Shown in pieces: positions 32,813 to 33,362 of a stretch of DNA of 33,362 bases. The translations under genes and the position numbers were made by a program. The notes under the pieces are model-generated. The model worked only from the letters and a program-made list of their open reading frames with translations, searched no databases and was not told where the DNA came from. Position 1 is the first letter of the stretch; every line of letters starts with the position of its first letter. Source of the DNA: Candidatus Dojkabacteria bacterium (GTDB lineage: Bacteria; Patescibacteriota; Dojkabacteria; SC72; JAFGCJ01); NCBI GenBank assembly GCA_028696915.1, contig JAQVGB010000001.1, positions 1 through 33,362 on the forward strand, written 5' to 3'.

Positions 32813-32987
32813 CCCTCTAATTACTTATCCACATAGTATCGTCCCGGATACAGTTTTGTCAAGACCCGATTAAAGTATGTTGCGCCGCGACTTTCCACCA
32901 CAAAACAATCACTATCTGTCGGAACACCCCGTAAGAATGTTACGAAAGTTTCGCGGAAAAGATACGTGATACGATAATTGGAAAAAT

Positions 32988-33362
32988 CTACTGACGGAGG
33001 GATTTAACGATGTCGTGCACATCCGTGTGCGCACCACGGCGCTCACCGGTTATCGACAACCCCCGCCGCTTCGCCTCGCCCGATACCCGCTTCATATAGG
33101 CAACCGGCCGGACCTCGCCGGAAAGACCAACCTCACCAACATACACATCCGTTCTGCGTAGAGGAACATCCAGTTTCGAGGAAACAATCGCCATACATAC
33201 CGCAAGGTCCGCCGCAGGATCGTCAATCGTCATCCCACCGATAACGCTGACATAGACATCATCGGACGAAACATCGACCTTAGCCCGCCTCGAAAGCACC
33301 GCGCACAACATCTCAAGCCGCTGTCGTGCAATCCCCGTCGGCAGTCTCCGGGGAGAACCGAA
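32988..33362 (-). CDS. radA: DNA repair protein RadA/Sms, C-terminal Lon-protease-like domain; 5' part lies beyond the window end
   Basis: The frame is open from 33362: FGSPRRLPTGIARQRLEMLCAVLSRRAKVDVSSDDVYVSVIGGMTIDDPAADLAVCMAIVSSKLDVPLRRTDVYVGEVGLSGEVRPV...EAKRRGL. This is the typical RadA C-terminal pattern. Confidence 0.85.
   Translation of the reverse strand, partial: FGSPRRLPTGIARQRLEMLCAVLSRRAKVDVSSDDVYVSVIGGMTIDDPAADLAVCMAIVSSKLDVPLRRTDVYVGEVGLSGEVRPVAYMKRVSGEAKRRGLSITGERRGAHTDVHDIVKSLRQ

Noticed and set aside
1-33362. An alternative genetic code (UGA recoding), as in some candidate phyla.
   Set aside because: Long motif-complete ORFs are obtained with the standard code, and the giant ORF and comEC both terminate at TGA with sensible C-termini, so there is no sign of in-frame TGA read-through.

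Overview
This is a 33.4-kb bacterial chromosomal segment that reads cleanly with the standard genetic code. Gene order, left to right:
- (-) 5' part of a B3/4-domain gene.
- (+) A 2892-aa membrane-anchored DUF2341/LamG/CBM-like/Fn3 giant surface protein, then a fused MacB-type ABC ATPase-permease. Both are preceded by the same 14-nt box.
- (-) comEA, comEC and a separately encoded ComEC-type MBL domain. These are followed by tRNA-Arg(UCU), tRNA-Arg(GCG), a NUDIX gene and tRNA-Arg(UCG), interleaved with tRNA-derived fragments.
- (+) An RNHCP-domain protein.
- (-) A membrane-anchored cyclophilin, then leuS, which is preceded by a Leu-codon leader peptide and attenuator.
- (+) An alpha/beta hydrolase and a hypothetical protein.
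- (-) tRNA-Ala(GGC), two tandem paralogous membrane-anchored and extremely cysteine-rich surface proteins (1149 and 973 aa), tRNA-Ala(CGC), an IS200-like Y1 transposase, a LysM-M23 peptidase and rho.
- (-) A promoter-to-terminator unit that looks non-coding and contains two structured 66-nt repeats, then the 3' part of radA.

The best candidates for undescribed biology are:
1. The Cys-rich paralog pair.
2. The structured RNA unit between radA and rho.
3. The leuS leucine attenuator.
4. The nested and fragmented tRNA-Arg locus.
5. The giant protein plus MacB pair sharing an upstream box.

The gene content suggests a Patescibacteria/CPR-like monoderm: giant and Cys-rich anchored surface proteins, a split comEC, and many -10 boxes a few nt from start codons. 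That is inference only. All homology statements come from motif recognition by eye; no database search was run.
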